64,000 nucleotides of DNA from Heteronotia binoei (Eukaryota), in contig NC_083237.1 of NCBI RefSeq assembly GCF_032191835.1, positions 44,826,001 to 44,890,000 of the forward strand, given 5' to 3'. Each line of letters starts with the position of its first letter. Position 1 is the first letter of the stretch. This document shows positions 60,670 to 64,000 of this stretch, in pieces. A program made the position numbers and the translations under genes. The notes under the pieces are model-generated. The model worked only from the letters and a program-made list of their open reading frames with translations. It was not told the DNA's origin and ran no database searches.

Positions 60670-60948
60670 TCTGTTGTCATACAGTGGCCAAAAAAACGAG
60701 GTGCCACCAGGAGGTTCATCAGTGGGGCCAGGACACTAGAAGCCCTCCCACTGTGCCTCCCCAAGCACCAAGAATACAGAGCATCGCTTGCCCCAGACAG
60801 AGAGTTCCAACAATTGGCTGTGGCTAATAGCCACTGATGGAGCTCTGCTCCATATGTTTATCCAATTCTCTCTTGAAGCTGTCTATGCTTATACCCGCCA
60901 CCACCTCCTGTGGCAGTGAATTCCATGTGTTAATCACCTTTGGGTGAT
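60670..60948 (-). mobile_element. CR1-type LINE fragment
   Basis: rc of the family at 51230-51600 (gctaatagccactgatggagctctgctccatatgtttatccaat...). Confidence 0.75.
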
Positions 60949-61308
60949 TAATACATACTTCCAGACCTCCTGGTGAAGGAGCAATTAGGAGGCCAGCCTG
61001 AGAATTGGAGTGGGCCTCAGGTTAAGACCCTGATTTCCTTTCCTCCTTGCCGGCAAGTGCCACAGAGCCTAGAGTTCCAAGAGGGGCAAAAGAAAAGGCA
61101 GAGCAGCTCTGCATGATTCCTGCAGGCCGGTACCTCTCTCAAGAAAGACCAACATAGAGTGCAAGAAGAAAAATAATATTTGCCAACAAGAAAGAAATAT
61201 TACACATGAGAAGCAGGCCTGAGGGTCTCCCAACACAGAAGTACCCCCACCTCCTGAGAGCAGAAATAGTTTCAGCTCTTGGTGACCCTGGAGCAAGATT
61301 CCCAACCG

Positions 61309-61418
61309 TCAGATGAGGTCCATGAGGATGTCATCCTCCATGACGCTTGGGGCTGGAACCTGCTGCAAGCCTTGCTGGGATACAGGTCCCCGAGGACCGG
61401 CGTTCATCAGCATCTGAC
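61309..61418 (-). CDS. MED25: Mediator subunit 25, last coding exon ([13 protein letters not shown]...[13 protein letters not shown])
   Basis: Diagnostic C-terminus [10 protein letters not shown]; acceptor tcccctccccag. Confidence 0.95.
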
Positions 61419-61570
61419 CTGGGGAGGGGATACAGCAGGTTGAAAGGGCACATGTGGGGACAATCTCTGGGACAGGGAAGCTTTTCAAGCCGAGATCCCC
61501 TGCCCAGCTTCTGTCTCTGGAGTGGGGGGAACAACTGCCTTTGCAAAAATGTGTCAAGCCACCACGGTAC

Positions 61571-61778
61571 CTTGCAATGGTGCCCGGGGTGCCATCTGTG
61601 CAGGCCACTGTTGTCCGGGGGCTTGGTGCATGAGGGGCTGTCCGGGGAGCTGGAGTTGCTGCTGTCCAGGAGGCTGGTGCCCCAGAGGTTGCCCCATGGG
61701 CTGATGCGGCAACATTCCTGGAGAACCCTGCTGGAGGTGGTGGAGGGGTGGCTGAGACTGAGGAACTCCAGGTTGGGG
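61571..61778 (-). CDS. MED25: MED25 penultimate exon ([16 protein letters not shown]...[13 protein letters not shown])
   Basis: Acceptor ttttcctatgtctgcag, donor G|gtaccg; phase 1 joins the last exon as G|GT. Confidence 0.92.
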
Positions 61779-62364
61779 CTGCAGACATAGGAAAAGCACA
61801 GGACGGAAGATTAGACAAGCTGGGTTTCATTGTGCAAGCTCACTCCCGACAGGAAGGAAAGGCAGAACCCGAAGGAGGTTAAGGGTTTCCCCCCCAAAAG
61901 TTAACAGGGTTATGTAAATTGCTTCACTTTTCCTGGGAAGGAGTCTTTCCTGCCCCAGTTTCAAGGTGTACTTCAAATTGGAAACCCCCAACACTGCTGC
62001 TGATAAGCTCTCAAATGTTTTCCCCTCTCCAAGTTAGCTTACACACATACATTCCTCCTGTTTGTTGCTTTTGCCTTCAAGTCATAGCTGACTTATGGTG
62101 ATCCAGCAGGGTTTTGTTAGGATTTACAAGCTGACAGCACATCAGGTAATGTGGTTGGTTCGTGAGGATGCTAATTTGCATCTCTGAGCATTCTTTTTCA
62201 GTTGTGAGCCAACTGCTTCTCTTCTTCTGTTTTACGCTGTACCATTCTGTACATTAGTTATCACTCTGCAAATCAGTTCTCCAGTAAAGTTTAACTTGCT
62301 GTTTTACACAGAGTGTTGGGTGACTTATATAATATGTTTCTGAGAACATAAGAATTTAACAACG

Positions 62365-62520
62365 ATGTTTTCTAACAACAAGGTTTTCAAGGCAAGAGAT
62401 GTGGTTTGCCGCATCACACCCCTGGCATTCCTTTGGAGTACAAATACTATCCAGGGTTGACCCTGCTTAGTTTCCAAGACCTGCTGAAACTGGGCTAGCC
62501 TAGGCTATTCCTTTTATAAC
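62365..62520 (-). mobile_element. 5S-derived SINE fragment
   Basis: ggttttcaaggcaagagatgtggtttgcc...ccctgcttagtttccaagacc. Confidence 0.5.
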
Positions 62521-63551
62521 AGGGCTTTCCCCTGCTCCCGCCATCGAATGGAGGAACCCCTGTCTCTCTGCCCATGTGACCCTGAAGCTTTGGATTCTGG
62601 TTCCTTCCCTTTCTAGCAGGCTGAGAATGACAAAAGAATGTCTTCTAAAATGCGGTGGCAACGGTTTTAATATGTTTTAGCCATCTTCCAGGGCACTTTT
62701 CTGAGCAGAAATGGGGCTCAAGCCACTCCAACTGTATCTGTCTTTCCCCAAGGACATTCTGTCTTCACTTGAGAATTCTTTGGCCTTGATGAGCCCCCAT
62801 TGTGGGGAAAGACAGAATCGCAAATGGACTAACAAAATTAAAAGATTCTGTGTAGGCTGCACCTGGTGATGGCACAGGAGCTTTCCGTTTGCCTTGTTCT
62901 CCTAAAAAGAACAGGAAGGACCAGAAACTATGGTTGGGAGGAGCAATGGCTCTACTCCACCGCCAGAAAGGAGGCAATGATTGACATGGCCCTGCCGCTG
63001 GAGTGGATCAGTTCCCAGTGCCTTCCTCCACAGAAGCAAGAGAAGCTACTCCTTGCCCAGCACTCCTCAGAGAGGGAAGGCTTCTGGGGCATCCACCACT
63101 CCAGAAGAAGGTTTTACCTCTTTGCCCGTTGATCTGGGAATTGTGCCAGGAGTGATCACAACAGGCTCTGTACCATTTCTGACATTGAGCATATCCCTAC
63201 ATTATGAGTCTCACCCAAACAGATCACACAGACAAAGTGATCATCCGTCTCGGGCATTTTTGAACCGCAATTGGTACATTTTTTAAAAACCAAGCATATT
63301 TATTCTCATGGGTTTTCTTTGACAGAAGATCTTAAGAGACAAGGCGAAGAGATGTAATTCCGTCGGTGGCAAAAAGAAAACTGAGGTGGGGTGTGGAGCC
63401 CCTCCCCTGGAGTGCTTCACCGTTTGGGCGGGAAACAGTTCGATTGGCTCCAGCTGGGAGGGGCTCCTCCCACTTTTATGTTACTAGACTGGAGATAAAA
63501 GTTTCTAGAAGCTGGCCTGTGTCAGGAGAGAGGAGTCATCATGATGCTTAC

Positions 63552-63725
63552 TGGCTGCTGGCTCAGGAGGAGACTGCGAAGCTGAGGGTTGGCTCCGGGG
63601 TTCTGGGGCCGAAGCATAGCACCTCCTTGGGTGGCCTGCGGCCCAGGTTGTGGGGGACCTGGTGCTTGCTGGGGCTGACTGGTGGGTGGAGCAGCTTGCT
63701 GGGGTTGCTGCATTCTAATTGGCAT
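63552..63725 (-). CDS. MED25: MED25 third-last exon (MPIRMQQP...NPGANPQLRSLLLSQQP); upstream exons lie outside the window
   Basis: PGANPQLRSLLL motif of MED25; acceptor ttttctcgacccag, donor CCA|gtaagc, phase 0/0. Confidence 0.92.
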
Positions 63726-64000
63726 CTGGGTCGAGAAAAAAGAAAAGACACAAAGATGTACATACGCATGCCCAGGGTTTCTGGATTTCAAACATCCCTT
63801 TGTCCTGCTCTCAGATTGGAGGGCGCTGCAACAAAGCCCTGGGCAGAGATTGACTAGCGAAGACAAATGAGCTGCCACATGGTCCCCTATGCATTAGATA
63901 AGAACCCACCACTTGTTATCCGGTGCAATCAGGCATATGCATGGCTCGCCCAGCAGCTTTTGAAACAGGCCAATTACAAAAGGGTGTTTAATCAGGGTCT

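Noticed and set aside
59466-64000. RUVBL2, or CGB-like or extra LHB copies
   Set aside because: No AAA+ exon and no second glycoprotein-hormone beta exon recognised; MED25 occupies the position

Overview
Vertebrate genomic DNA. The SINE content (Sauria SINE, Squam2- and Squam3-like) points to a squamate reptile, most likely a gecko. The window is the NTF4-SAXO3-LHB block, equivalent to human 19q13.33. On the + strand it holds, in order: a CpG island with a probable non-coding NTF4 first exon (about 11.6-12.7 kb); an intact NTF4 coding exon (30852-31466, 204 aa); a second, divergent NTF4-like neurotrophin 10 kb downstream (41839-42363, 174 aa); a complete 5-exon SAXO3-like gene (331 aa); and a complete 3-exon LHB gene (143 aa) with TATA box, SF-1 element and polyA signal. 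On the - strand, the last three exons of MED25 converge on LHB. The most striking feature is the NTF4 duplicate. It has an open frame, all six cystine-knot cysteines and three in-frame indels, but it has deleted the whole pro-domain cleavage site and the N-terminal RRGE segment and gained two N-glycosylation sequons in the growth-factor domain. It therefore looks like an obligate pro-form neurotrophin. The rest of the window is dense in SINEs, CR1/L2/RTE-X-like LINE fragments and hAT MITEs with 8-bp TSDs, one of which carries a 4x ~99-bp hairpin array. All gene names come from recalled family motifs and synteny, not from database searches. Repeat boundaries without a stated TSD are approximate.
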